From Edaphobacter aggregans (GTDB taxonomy: Bacteria > Acidobacteriota > Terriglobia > Terriglobales > Acidobacteriaceae): a stretch of 32,000 bases of DNA. Location: the NCBI RefSeq assembly GCF_003945235.1, contig NZ_RSDW01000001.1, positions 780,001 to 812,000 of the forward strand. Direction: 5' to 3'. Below, one piece after another: positions 23,705 to 32,000 of the stretch. The notes beneath the pieces are model-generated. The model made no database searches, had not been told where the DNA came from, and saw nothing but the letters and a program-made list of their open reading frames with translations. Both the position numbers and the translations under genes were made by a program. Within the stretch, counting starts at the first letter, position 1. Each line of letters begins with the position of its first letter.

Positions 23705-24412
23705 ATGAAGATCACAGATACTTTCTCGCAACGAACGCTTACGCTGGCACCCAGTTTGCTCGTACTCGCCCTTGCTCTTGCCGGATGGCAGTCGCAGGCG
23801 CACGCCCAGAACCCCGCACCGGACACGGCGGGGAAAATACAGGAGACACCCGCGGGCCAGATCGTCTGGCATCACGTAGGAAGAGTCTTCATCAACCCGT
23901 CCAACGGCCAGTTTGTGTATGTGGGGTATCTGGTTCACATTGGCGGAATCGATAGCTCGCTCTTCAACGGCTCCCCTAGCGAGAGCACCGCCTACTTCAC
24001 GTTCAGCACGGACGTCGCACAGCTCACTCCCTTGCCCAATAATGGCGACGTCGCACTTGATCTTGTCTCGGCTGGAACTTTCAGCGTCTACTACAACGCC
24101 AAACCAAATGGCGACTGGAGCAACCCCACCAGCTTTTCGAGCGGAAAGCTGATCGCTACCTTTCAGCGGAAGGAGAGTCTTTTTCCGCAAATCGGACCTA
24201 TTTCATTTCACAGTCTGTCCGAGACACTGCTATCGAGCCACAGCTTTGAATTCGATGGCCAGACCTGGAATTTCAGCCACATCGCCCCGCACGGTATTAC
24301 CTTCGCCCAGTTCTTCAGCACAGCGCCTCAACGTGGGGCCGCAGAGTACCCTGTGGCGTTCTCAGGCGCAGGCACGGTAATGGCAATCGGCGATCCAGAA
24401 GACCGTCGCTGA
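23705..24412 (+). CDS. secreted hypothetical protein (235 aa)
   Basis: AGGAGG RBS 8 nt upstream. The signal peptide is …LAPSLLVLALALAGWQSQAHAQ. No recognised catalytic motif. Confidence 0.7.
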   Translation: MKITDTFSQRTLTLAPSLLVLALALAGWQSQAHAQNPAPDTAGKIQETPAGQIVWHHVGRVFINPSNGQFVYVGYLVHIGGIDSSLFNGSPSESTAYFTFSTDVAQLTPLPNNGDVALDLVSAGTFSVYYNAKPNGDWSNPTSFSSGKLIATFQRKESLFPQIGPISFHSLSETLLSSHSFEFDGQTWNFSHIAPHGITFAQFFSTAPQRGAAEYPVAFSGAGTVMAIGDPEDRR

Positions 24413-24474
24413 ATGAGTAGGTTGCGATTAGGCGCTTATCGACGCCGGTTGCCCGTCCCCGAAACTTGTTCTCC

Positions 24475-24906
24475 TCACGCTCTCGGCTTCGTTTGGATGA
24501 CTTGGCATTCGGTGAGTACCACCGGCGTAGCGCGCCTTAGCGTATTGTGTATCTCCGCAACAGTGTCCGTATAACGCATCAGTTCGAGCACTTCTCTTTC
24601 GCTTCCTTGCGCTTTGACCGATGCTCGATACGTAATGTTCCGGGCGGGCTCCCCCGGAGCGCCGAACCGCCCGGCGACCTGAACCTCGACCGATTCGACA
24701 TCGATTCCTCGTGTCTTTGCTTCGCGGTAGATGTCATTGCAATAGCAGGTGGCAAGCGCCAAAAACAACAGTTCGCCGCCATTCACACCTGAGCCAAAGC
24801 CTTCAGCCTTGGCGGGAATAGACAAAGACTGCGCCTTATCTCCGGTCCTAACCATCGACTGATGACGTCCATCCTGATTGACTACAGTTGCTGAGATCTC
24901 CATCAC
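24475..24906 (-). CDS. OsmC/Ohr-family peroxiredoxin-like protein
   Basis: 143 aa, with NGGELLFLALATCYCNDIY and a C-terminal TECQV segment typical of the OsmC family. Confidence 0.8.
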   Translation of the reverse strand: MMEISATVVNQDGRHQSMVRTGDKAQSLSIPAKAEGFGSGVNGGELLFLALATCYCNDIYREAKTRGIDVESVEVQVAGRFGAPGEPARNITYRASVKAQGSEREVLELMRYTDTVAEIHNTLRRATPVVLTECQVIQTKPRA

Positions 24907-25126
24907 TGACCTCTCGGCTAGTACATTCCTATGACACCGCGGTCAGTCTCCCCGTGATTCCGGCGATCCAAACCTCAACTGGCAACTTCAGGGTTATGCA
25001 CTCATTGAGAATAATTTATGTGGCGAAAGGCTGATTAGTAATGAAAAACGCACTTCTGTTGACCGAGCAGCGCGCAATCCAACTAGACATACCTGGAGAC
25101 GTTGAGCCAAGTAGCCACATCGTTTT

Positions 25127-25624
25127 CTACTTAGCGATGCGGCGGAGGACGGTGACGGGAATGGAACCATCGGGACGAGCAGGAACTCTCCAGCTGAGAA
25201 TGTCGTCCTTAAGTTGGTATGCGCGCACTTGAGTGGTGTCGTCATAGTTCGGAAAGGTTGAGCGATCAATCTTCATCGTGACCTTGCTGGTCGTCGGATC
25301 GACGCTGTAGGTGCCGAACGAGCAGCTGGAGCTAAGGGCCGCATCTTTGTACTCGTCGAATGTGCCCTTGGCTCGATCGTTCCCGGCGAATTTGCCGCGG
25401 ACATCGCGGAAGACCTCAATCATCATGCGGCCGTCGGCAGTAAAGATGGCCATACCGTGTGGCTGAGTTCCATAGTCGGCGACGCGAGTGCCGTCTGGAA
25501 GGAGCTTATCCGCAGCGATAAGTTTCCAACTACCGACAAACGGATTCGTGGTATCCACTTGAGCATGCATGGAGGAGACAGCCAATGCCAGGGTAGCGAT
25601 GAGCGAAAGAATGCGAGCGGTCAT
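25127..25624 (-). CDS. secreted lipocalin-like domain protein
   Basis: Signal peptide MTARILSLIATLALAVSSMHAQ. The FVGSWKLIAADKLLPDGT start is typical of lipocalin-like (PF13924-type) domains. Confidence 0.7.
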   Translation of the reverse strand: MTARILSLIATLALAVSSMHAQVDTTNPFVGSWKLIAADKLLPDGTRVADYGTQPHGMAIFTADGRMMIEVFRDVRGKFAGNDRAKGTFDEYKDAALSSSCSFGTYSVDPTTSKVTMKIDRSTFPNYDDTTQVRAYQLKDDILSWRVPARPDGSIPVTVLRRIAK

Positions 25625-25692
25625 GAGTGCACCGTATCAATCCCATAGACGCTGCACAATTTGATTGTTTTTACCGATGAAGTGAGCGGCGC

Positions 25693-26610
25693 TTATGCTT
25701 TTCGCAGGATGCGTGGGCGTTGCGGATAGGTAAGGTCGGCAAGGATGCCTTGTGTGGCCATGCTGAGCAAAGAATGCAGAGCGTCGACCGCAGGTGTAGC
25801 GGTGGCGTTTTGGCCCCCATGCGGTGCCCGGTGCAGCGCAACCGGAAAACTGGGGAGAACGGGAAGGCGATGCAGGGATTTATTCGCCATGAGAGGCGCC
25901 GGTAATTGCATCGCGGTACGTGCGGTGATGCCAAGCCCCCCTTGTAGTGCCGCCCACAGGCCGTCCAGGCTTGGGCTGGTGGCCGCGATACGGTACGGGA
26001 TGCCAGCAGCTTCGAGCTCTTGCACCGCAGCCTTGCGGAAGGCGCATTGAGGGCCTAATACAGCAAGCGGGAGTGAAGCATCCTGCGTGCGAAAGGTACG
26101 GCTGGCGATCCAGAGCACAGGCAGTTCGCCCAGGAGCAGCGCGTCCTTCCGGTCTGCGAAGCCGATTGTCAGTGTGAGGTCAAGCTGCCCTTTGTCCAGA
26201 GCTTCGATCAGCGCTCCGTTACCCTCGATACGCAGTTCTACCTGCGTTCGCGGATAGAGCGCCGCGAACTGCCGCAAGGCGTCAGGCAGCACAGACGCGA
26301 AATCCTGCGGAGCACCGATGCGAACGGTGCCGGCCAATGTCACTCCCTGCATGGTTTGCAGGAGGTCATCATTCAGCGCAAGCATACGGCGAGCGTATCC
26401 GAGCGCTGTCTGCCCGGCCTCTGTCAGTTTGAGCGCCCGGCCGTGCTTGCGAAAGAGCGGTGTTCCCAGCTCCTCTTGAAGACGCTTCATCTGCAGGCTG
26501 ATGGCAGATGGTGTGCGCCCAAGACGATCTGCCGCCTGCGCGAAACCACCAACATCATGCGTCGTGACGAGAGTCCGCAGGGTGTCGAGATCGAGATTAC
26601 GCAGAAGCAT
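25693..26610 (-). CDS. LysR-family transcriptional regulator
   Basis: The N-terminal HTH is LDTLRTLVTTHDVGGFAQAADRLGRTPSAISLQMKRLQEELG. A LysR substrate-binding domain follows. Confidence 0.9.
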   Translation of the reverse strand: MLLRNLDLDTLRTLVTTHDVGGFAQAADRLGRTPSAISLQMKRLQEELGTPLFRKHGRALKLTEAGQTALGYARRMLALNDDLLQTMQGVTLAGTVRIGAPQDFASVLPDALRQFAALYPRTQVELRIEGNGALIEALDKGQLDLTLTIGFADRKDALLLGELPVLWIASRTFRTQDASLPLAVLGPQCAFRKAAVQELEAAGIPYRIAATSPSLDGLWAALQGGLGITARTAMQLPAPLMANKSLHRLPVLPSFPVALHRAPHGGQNATATPAVDALHSLLSMATQGILADLTYPQRPRILRKA

Positions 26611-26711
26611 CCTGCGTTGAGGTTACACGAGCCGCGGCAGGGATCCTCCAGAAGTGCGCGCAATGGCATCATCAACATATCTGCAGGCGGTAGCAGGAAA
26701 GCATAAATCCC

Positions 26712-26728
26712 GCTCAACGATGTGTTGA
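26712..26728. promoter_or_regulatory. interrupted palindrome, candidate LysR operator
   Basis: CTCAAC-GATGT-GTTGAG, with perfect 6-bp arms. It lies in the divergent region 47 nt upstream of the RidA-like ATG. Confidence 0.3.
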
Positions 26729-26774
26729 GAATTATCAAATTGTGCGGTCGCCGTTCTAAGGCTACGTTGATCGC

Positions 26775-27257
26775 ATGACGATCAAGCATCTTTCCCTGTT
26801 GGCAGTCGCGCTGATAGGTTCTCTGACAGCTTCAGCGCAAAGAATAAAACAGATTCCGCTGCCGCCCAGCCAAAACCCCTCGAACGCAGACCTTCCAATT
26901 TCGGGGGCGGTGTGGGCCGGAGATACGCTGTATGTGAGTGGATGGCTCGACCCGGACATGAAGACACACACCGATACCACGTCACAAACCGTGGGGCTGA
27001 TCAAGGACCTTCAAAAGCTCCTCGAATCGCAGAAACTGACGCTCGGCGATGTGGTGATGATGCGTGTCTACCTCGGGACCGATCCTGCGAAAGACGGCAA
27101 GATAGACTTTGCCGGGATGACGGCTGGATATACCCAATTCTTCGGCACCAAAGACCAACCGAACAAGCCCGCGCGCACCACACTGCAGGTGGTTCTGCCC
27201 GCTGCTTCTCGTGGTGCTTTGGTAGAAATCGACCTAATCGCAGTGCGCCCAAAATAG
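26775..27257 (+). CDS. RidA/YjgF/L-PSP family protein with N-terminal signal peptide
   Basis: Signal-like N-terminus MTIKHLSLLAVALIGSLTASAQ. RidA-type core: AVWAGDTLYVSGWLD...ARTTLQVVLPAASRGALVEIDLIAV. Confidence 0.8.
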   Translation: MTIKHLSLLAVALIGSLTASAQRIKQIPLPPSQNPSNADLPISGAVWAGDTLYVSGWLDPDMKTHTDTTSQTVGLIKDLQKLLESQKLTLGDVVMMRVYLGTDPAKDGKIDFAGMTAGYTQFFGTKDQPNKPARTTLQVVLPAASRGALVEIDLIAVRPK

Positions 27258-27406
27258 CAGTGCCACTGCCGAAAGGTTCGATCTCAAACCCCATCTGCTC
27301 CAGTGCTATGCTCGCTGTGTCATCGGCAATTGCAGTTATCGAAAGGCCTGAGGGGCATCTTTCGAATGACATACTATCGAGAGATCACACCGGAGGAAGA
27401 CTACAC

Positions 27407-28069
27407 GTGTGTTTTTCAGCGACAGCGAATTTTGTGGGCAGCGGCGTTTTGGGCGCGATCGGCGTAGTGACATTGACACGAGTGAAACATAGGCGGGAGC
27501 TTCTGTTCGCGTCGCTGCCTACGCTGTTTGCCATTCACCAGTTCATTGAAGGCTTCGTTTGGCTTGGGCTGGACGGGGTCCTGTCGCCCGGGGTTACGCA
27601 CGGTATGGGTGCGGCATTCATGCTCTACGCGCAGGGACTCCTTCCATTCTTGCTGCCACTCAGCGTGCTGCTGTTTGAACCCGATGTCAGAAGCCGTCGC
27701 CGCATGCTGCCATTCCTTGTTGTTGGCGGCTTGACGACGCTCTTTATATTGTGGGCTTTGACCGCTTATCCGCTGGAGATTTCCGTCAGAGGTAACAGCA
27801 TTGTGTACCTCAATCAGGCTACGAACAATACCTTCGTCGCAGTTCTCTACGTGATTGCAACCTGCGGCTCGCTGTTGTTTTCAAAGGTGAAAGATATGGT
27901 GATCTTCGGTGTGGCGAACCTTGCGATTCTGCTGATTGTGATGGCGGTCAAGCGGTATGCCTTCACTTCCCTGTGGTGCGCGTATGCGGCGGCCGCGAGC
28001 ATCATCATTCTTGCTTACTTCTGGAAGAGCAGTGGGGAGCGGCCTTTCCGCTATGCCGAGTCGATATAG
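27407..28069 (+). CDS. polytopic membrane protein (DUF-type; N-terminus MCFSATANF…)
   Basis: In-frame GTG at 27407, with GGAGGA 10 nt upstream. About 6 hydrophobic helices. The long listed ORF (26912..) overlaps the RidA gene and is not credible upstream of this point. Confidence 0.65.
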   Translation: MCFSATANFVGSGVLGAIGVVTLTRVKHRRELLFASLPTLFAIHQFIEGFVWLGLDGVLSPGVTHGMGAAFMLYAQGLLPFLLPLSVLLFEPDVRSRRRMLPFLVVGGLTTLFILWALTAYPLEISVRGNSIVYLNQATNNTFVAVLYVIATCGSLLFSKVKDMVIFGVANLAILLIVMAVKRYAFTSLWCAYAAAASIIILAYFWKSSGERPFRYAESI

Positions 28070-28244
28070 CCGGCAAAAAACTAATTCCCTCCCCGATAAA
28101 ACCGCGTAAGGGCCAAGCCGCTGAAAACACTGAAAACAAAGCGGCTACGAATCAGCAGTCGGGTGGGTGGCAAGATTAGGGCAGGGGTAATTTTTCCAAG
28201 CCCGAACGAGACGCCGGAGAACAGCGGCTCGCAGACGAAAGAAC

Positions 28245-28276
28245 GGCCTCCCACACAGGAGGCCTCTTCTGTTTTT
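28245..28276 (+). terminator. terminator-like hairpin
   Basis: GGCCTCC CACACA GGAGGCC followed by TCTTCTGTTTTT. It lies 175 nt downstream of the membrane-protein stop. Confidence 0.45.
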
Positions 28277-28521
28277 GGTGATGCCTGTTCCAGGCACTTG
28301 CTCAACATCTTAGGGCGGGTAGCTGACTTCTCAACGTTCTCCAAATACGACTGAAAAGTCGGTAAGAATTTCCTGCCGTTGATCGCTTCGGGGAATAAAC
28401 CTTGTGTTTCTATTCGTAGCATTGGTATTTCGATTGCTGTTAGTAAAAGGGCAAAGCCGGTGCGGCAGACATTCGCTCGGTGGTACCAATGTCCCGTACG
28501 GAAAGATGGGTGCAAAGCCGT

Positions 28522-28791
28522 ATGAGCAAACCAGTGGTTCGGATTGAAAATTGGTCGGTTGTGCAAGACCTGATCTCGGAGAGATACCGCGAGTTGCAGC
28601 CGGGCAGCCATCTCACAGGCTATGCCTTCGGACATGTGACCGTTCCAAACGCTAAATTTATCTACACCTCTCGCATTGTGAGTATAGATCTGAGTAAGGG
28701 GCTGGTTGAGACGCTCAACACCTCGTACCAGTTGGGTGAGGTCAATCCGGAATATAAAGAATGGGATTGGCGAAGAGCGGCGGCTGCTTAG
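28522..28791 (+). CDS. hypothetical small protein
   Basis: MSKPVVRIENWSVVQDLISERYRELQPGSHLTGYAFGH...EVNPEYKEWDW is protein-like. It is more plausible than the 264-aa antisense ORF. The start is ambiguous (28480, 28489 or 28522). Confidence 0.45.
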   Translation: MSKPVVRIENWSVVQDLISERYRELQPGSHLTGYAFGHVTVPNAKFIYTSRIVSIDLSKGLVETLNTSYQLGEVNPEYKEWDWRRAAAA

Positions 28792-29110
28792 ATGATCCGC
28801 GATGAGGCCGGTATACGAGCGGTGGTGTAGTCGAAGGAGCTTTCGGCCAAACGCGCGTACCATCTGTGTATCCAATGGGTGGGATCAGTTTCGGGATAGC
28901 CGACGGTCAACGCAACCCCCCAAAGCATCGCCACGCCATTCATTGAGCGTTAAGCCTGTTATCGCCAAGTGAATCATGAGGGCACTTGGCCTACCATGTC
29001 GCTAGGCAATGAGGGGCTAATATCAAAGGTGGGCATTCGTCCCCGCGTGCCAACAAGTGATTGCCCATTTGGGCGGTGATGCTGGATCCAGATCGTGCCG
29101 AGGCGTCACC

Positions 29111-30046
29111 ATGATCGAATCTTCCGATTTTCAGATTGCGAGAATACCGCTCAACAACGGAGGCGGCCATATCCCCGCGATCGGGTTTGGCACCTTGATT
29201 CCCGATGCGGCCGCGACGATAAGCGCTACCAGAGACGCGCTGGAAGCCGGATTTCGACACTTCGATTGCGCGGAACGATACCGGAACGAGAGTGAGGTAG
29301 GCGAGGCATTGGAGGCAGGATTAGCCGCTGGAGGAATCGCCCGCGAAGACATCTTCGTCACCACAAAGTTGTGGAACTCCAATCACCGGCCCGAGCGCGT
29401 CGAACCGGCCTTCGAGGCCAGTCTGGACAGACTCAGGCTCAACTATCTGGATCTCTACCTCATCCATACTCCGTTTGCATTTCAACCGGGAGACAACCAG
29501 GATCCGCGGGATCAAAACGGCAATGTCATCTACGATCCCGGCGTGACTTTGCTCGACACCTGGAGAGCGATGGAAAGTCTCGTGGACCATGGCAAATGCC
29601 GAGCCATTGGACTATCTGACATCACCTTGAACGAACTGACCCCCATCTACGAATCCGCGAGAATCAAGCCAGCCGTCGTCCAGGTCGAATCCCACCCGTA
29701 TCTGCCCGAGACCGAGCTTCTGGAATTCTGCAAAGACAAGGGCATTGTGCTCCTGGCTTTCGCGCCATTAGGTCACGGAATGAAGCCGGGGCTGCTCGAA
29801 GATCCAGTCATCTCGGCAATCGCCGCCCGCGTCGGAAAGACACCGGCACAGGTGCTGCTTGCATGGGCAGTACAGCGCGGCACGGCTTTGCTTACCACGC
29901 CCAGAACTGCGGCTCGCGCGAGGGAAAACTTCGACATCTCCGCTCTTCCGGAAGACGCATTTAACGAAATCAATCGCATCCAGACCAGACAGAGGCTCAA
30001 CGAAGTAGTGAAGACCGGCGTCCCCGGTTTCATCCCAGCGAGGTAG
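29111..30046 (+). CDS. aldo/keto reductase (AKR, 2,5-diketo-D-gluconate reductase-like)
   Basis: This is the internal Met of ORF 29057... Motifs: IPAIGFGT, GFRHFDCAERYRNE, VTTKLWN, LDLYLIHTP, SDIT and the LLTTPRTAARARENF tail. Confidence 0.9.
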   Translation: MIESSDFQIARIPLNNGGGHIPAIGFGTLIPDAAATISATRDALEAGFRHFDCAERYRNESEVGEALEAGLAAGGIAREDIFVTTKLWNSNHRPERVEPAFEASLDRLRLNYLDLYLIHTPFAFQPGDNQDPRDQNGNVIYDPGVTLLDTWRAMESLVDHGKCRAIGLSDITLNELTPIYESARIKPAVVQVESHPYLPETELLEFCKDKGIVLLAFAPLGHGMKPGLLEDPVISAIAARVGKTPAQVLLAWAVQRGTALLTTPRTAARARENFDISALPEDAFNEINRIQTRQRLNEVVKTGVPGFIPAR

Positions 30047-30052
30047 ACCAAC

Positions 30053-30481
30053 ATGGAAACCGAACAGCGCCCAATACAGTCGATCCCAGACCAGTCCACG
30101 CAAGAGGAACAAATACGCGAAGCCCTCGATCGGCACTGGCGCGCGTCGGCGGCCGGCGATGCGAACGCCGAACACGATATTTACGCCGACGATGCCATTT
30201 GTGATTATCCCCAGTCAGGCGAGCGAATCCTCGGGCGAGCCAATTTGCAGGCCTTGCGGAGTCATCATCCCGGCAAGCCGTCAGGTTTCACCGTCAAGCG
30301 AATTCTCGGAAAAGGCGATCTCTGGGTCACAGAATACACAATTACTTACCAAGGGCGACCAGCATACACGGTGAGCATCATGGAGTTCCGCAACGGCAAG
30401 ATCGTGCACGAGACACAGTATTTCGCCGATCCCTTCGAGGCACCGGCCTGGCGGAGCCAATGGGTTCAGCAGATCGCGTGA
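30053..30481 (+). CDS. SnoaL-like / NTF2-fold protein
   Basis: 142 aa and starts 6 nt after the AKR stop. The pattern IREALDRHWRASAAGDANAEHDIYADDAICDYP...IMEFRNGKIVHETQYF is typical of SnoaL/ketosteroid-isomerase-like folds. Confidence 0.75.
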   Translation: METEQRPIQSIPDQSTQEEQIREALDRHWRASAAGDANAEHDIYADDAICDYPQSGERILGRANLQALRSHHPGKPSGFTVKRILGKGDLWVTEYTITYQGRPAYTVSIMEFRNGKIVHETQYFADPFEAPAWRSQWVQQIA

Positions 30482-30530
30482 CCGAACCCAACCCGCGCCA
30501 GGACATCCCGATTATGGTCTTCACGCTTCG

Positions 30531-31142
30531 TCAGTGGGAATCGCCGGGAAGCAGGTTATGGGGCAAGTCTGTCAGAGTGGCTTTGCCATCCTTGCCATAG
30601 TCGATCCGCCAGATGCGGTCGAACTGCTCGTCGGGCCACTTGGCGTAGGGAGGCTGGGCTCCCAGCGCGGTCACGAGCGAAGGCAAAACGCCATGGTGCC
30701 AGGCGATGAGCACCACCTTGCCGGCGTACTTTCCGCTAAGCAGAGAGCGGGCAAGCGCAGCATAGTCCTCACTCATATAGGTGCTGTCGATTGGGAGATG
30801 AAGCGCCGCAGCCAGCGGAGTGATCGTCTGAACTGGCCGGTTGGAATGCGCGCTCTGATGGGCAGCGATAAGGACCTGCGGCGTGGGCAGATCAGGGCGG
30901 ACGCCGGCAGGCACAAAGAGGCTCGTGAGCAGGTCGGCTCGCTTGAATCCAGTGGGTGAGAGGTCAATTCGGCCATCAGTCAGTTTTTCCGCGTGACGGA
31001 TGACGAGAATCGTAGCCGGAGGCTGCCCGGTGATCGGTACGGGCTGAACAGGCTTGTGCGGCTCCTGCGCCGCTGAAGCCGTCAGAGCGACAAGGAACAG
31101 AACAACAGGCCGGAGTGCTTTTGCGATAACTCGTTTATGCAT
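30531..31142 (-). CDS. secreted histidine-phosphatase-superfamily protein
   Basis: Signal peptide …VLFLVALTASAAQ. RHAEK motif (ILVIRHAEK) and a second His region (LIAWHHG). Confidence 0.65.
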   Translation of the reverse strand: MHKRVIAKALRPVVLFLVALTASAAQEPHKPVQPVPITGQPPATILVIRHAEKLTDGRIDLSPTGFKRADLLTSLFVPAGVRPDLPTPQVLIAAHQSAHSNRPVQTITPLAAALHLPIDSTYMSEDYAALARSLLSGKYAGKVVLIAWHHGVLPSLVTALGAQPPYAKWPDEQFDRIWRIDYGKDGKATLTDLPHNLLPGDSH

Positions 31143-31261
31143 AAGGGATAAGCATCGCCGATGCGCCCTGGAAGTTTTGTGAATGGTGGAAGAATTCTAA
31201 TTGCGCTGTAACGAACACGCACACGTATTTACCGCCGCAAGGTTCGAGCGTACATTTCTCT

Positions 31262-31302
31262 ACGACCAATTAAGTCCGAATGATTGACGACCAATTTAGT
31301 CC
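31262..31302. promoter_or_regulatory. 16-nt direct repeat pair upstream of the iron permease gene
   Basis: ACGACCAATTAAGTCC (31262-31277) and ACGACCAATTTAGTCC (31287-31302). They match at 15/16 positions with a 25-nt period, about 110 nt upstream of ATG 31411. Confidence 0.3.
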
Positions 31303-31410
31303 TCAATAGACTAGATGGTGGTACGAGAGTGACTTCAGCCCACGTTGAGACGGGGGATCGAGGCTTGGGCAGACGGTTGACCGCCCTCCCTCAGGGAAGA
31401 GAAAGACCTT

Positions 31411-32000
31411 ATGTTGCAGGCATTTATCATCACGCTCCGCGAAGGTGTCGAAGCATCGCTGATCGTCGGAATCGTGTTCGCCTACCTGACCAAGATCGGG
31501 CGGGTGGAGCTGAAGAAGACCGTCTTCTGGGCGCTGGGTGCGGCGCTGGCAGCGAGCGTGGCGGTGGCCGTGGTGCTCGCTCGGCTGCAATTCAATCCGG
31601 ACATATTCGAAGGCTGGGTGATGCTTGCGGCAGCGGCGTTCGTCATCAGCATGATCTGGTTCATGCACAAGACAGCCCGCACCATGCGCGGCTCCATCGA
31701 AGAGAAGGTCGCAAAATACACAGGGGGCGAGCGCGGCGTCTCGAAATTTGGCCTGTTCTTCTTCGTCTTTCTGCTCGTTCTGCGCGAGGGCGTCGAGACC
31801 GTTCTCATCCTCTCCGCCGTAACCCTTAACTCCACCGAACTCCTCAGCTTCACCGGAACCCTCCTCGGTGTCGCCGTATCAGTCGTCTTTGGCGTGCTCT
31901 TCATCCGCGGAAGCGTAAAGATCAACATACAGCGCTTCTTCCGCGTAACGACCGTCATCCTGTACTTCGTGGCCTTCCAGTTGTTGGTCAGCGGACTGCA
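31411..32000 (+). CDS. FTR1/EfeU-family high-affinity iron permease (3' end outside window)
   Basis: Not in the supplied ORF track because it runs off the window, so I translated it by hand: MLQAFIITLREGVEASLIVGIVFAYL...FFFVFLLVLREGVETVLILSAV.... It has two REGVE motifs (31438-31452 and 31783-31797) and multiple TM helices. Confidence 0.9.
   Translation, partial: MLQAFIITLREGVEASLIVGIVFAYLTKIGRVELKKTVFWALGAALAASVAVAVVLARLQFNPDIFEGWVMLAAAAFVISMIWFMHKTARTMRGSIEEKVAKYTGGERGVSKFGLFFFVFLLVLREGVETVLILSAVTLNSTELLSFTGTLLGVAVSVVFGVLFIRGSVKINIQRFFRVTTVILYFVAFQLLVSGL

Noticed and set aside
28081-28875. 264-aa minus-strand ORF
   Set aside because: It reads through three hairpin elements and a terminator-like structure, and lies antisense to the more protein-like 28522..28791 ORF. 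The translation has no motifs and an irregular composition.
31284-31958. ORFs 31284..31829 (+), 31303..31668 (-) and 31482..31958 (-)
   Set aside because: They are alternative frames of the hand-translated FTR1/EfeU permease (31411 onward), whose double REGVE motif and TM pattern are decisive.
1-32000. Search for CRISPR arrays, rRNA, IS elements/transposases, integrases, toxin-antitoxin pairs or known defence-system genes
   Set aside because: I saw no regularly spaced repeat-spacer array and no DDE, tyrosine-recombinase or serine-recombinase-like translation in any frame. I recognised no nuclease, ATPase or helicase defence signatures. The only mobile-element trace is the att-like tRNA fragment.

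Overview
This is a 32-kb, moderately GC-rich bacterial chromosomal segment. The gene content suggests a soil Acidobacteriota-like genome, by inference only: a CadC-type winged-helix regulator fused to a TolB-like propeller, a large secreted beta-helix protein, a GH29 fucosidase, and hairpin/microsatellite intergenic repeats.

The centrepiece is a tightly packed, co-directional 8-gene operon at 2339-12847 (+). It encodes a FabL-like enoyl-ACP reductase, a free-standing ACP, an adenylate-forming acyl ligase, a LuxE-like acyl-protein synthetase, a LuxC-like acyl reductase, a SAM methyltransferase, a FabZ-like dehydratase and a single-module NRPS (C-A-T-TE). The A domain reads out a glycine-like specificity code. 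The TE has Cys instead of Ser at the nucleophile elbow. I cannot assign this gene combination to a characterised pathway. I predict a lipo-amino-acid or fatty-aldehyde-derived metabolite.

The operon starts 125 nt after tRNA-Arg(TCG) and ends 30 nt before a degenerate direct copy (24/26 nt) of that tRNA's 3' end. It therefore looks like an integrase-less, tRNA-anchored island. A second, 72/77-identical tRNA-Arg(ACG) lies 5 kb further on. Between the repeat and that tRNA are three poorly characterised genes: a secreted beta-helix protein with tandemly duplicated C-terminal domains, a small ORF, and a beta-propeller protein.

The rest of the window is ordinary housekeeping or accessory content. 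It holds HAD hydrolase, GH29 fucosidase, a chimeric pseudogene scar, OsmC, a lipocalin-like protein, a LysR regulator with a secreted RidA, aldo/keto reductase, a SnoaL-like protein, a histidine phosphatase and an FTR1/EfeU-type iron permease that runs off the window. No CRISPR array, rRNA, transposase or integrase was seen.
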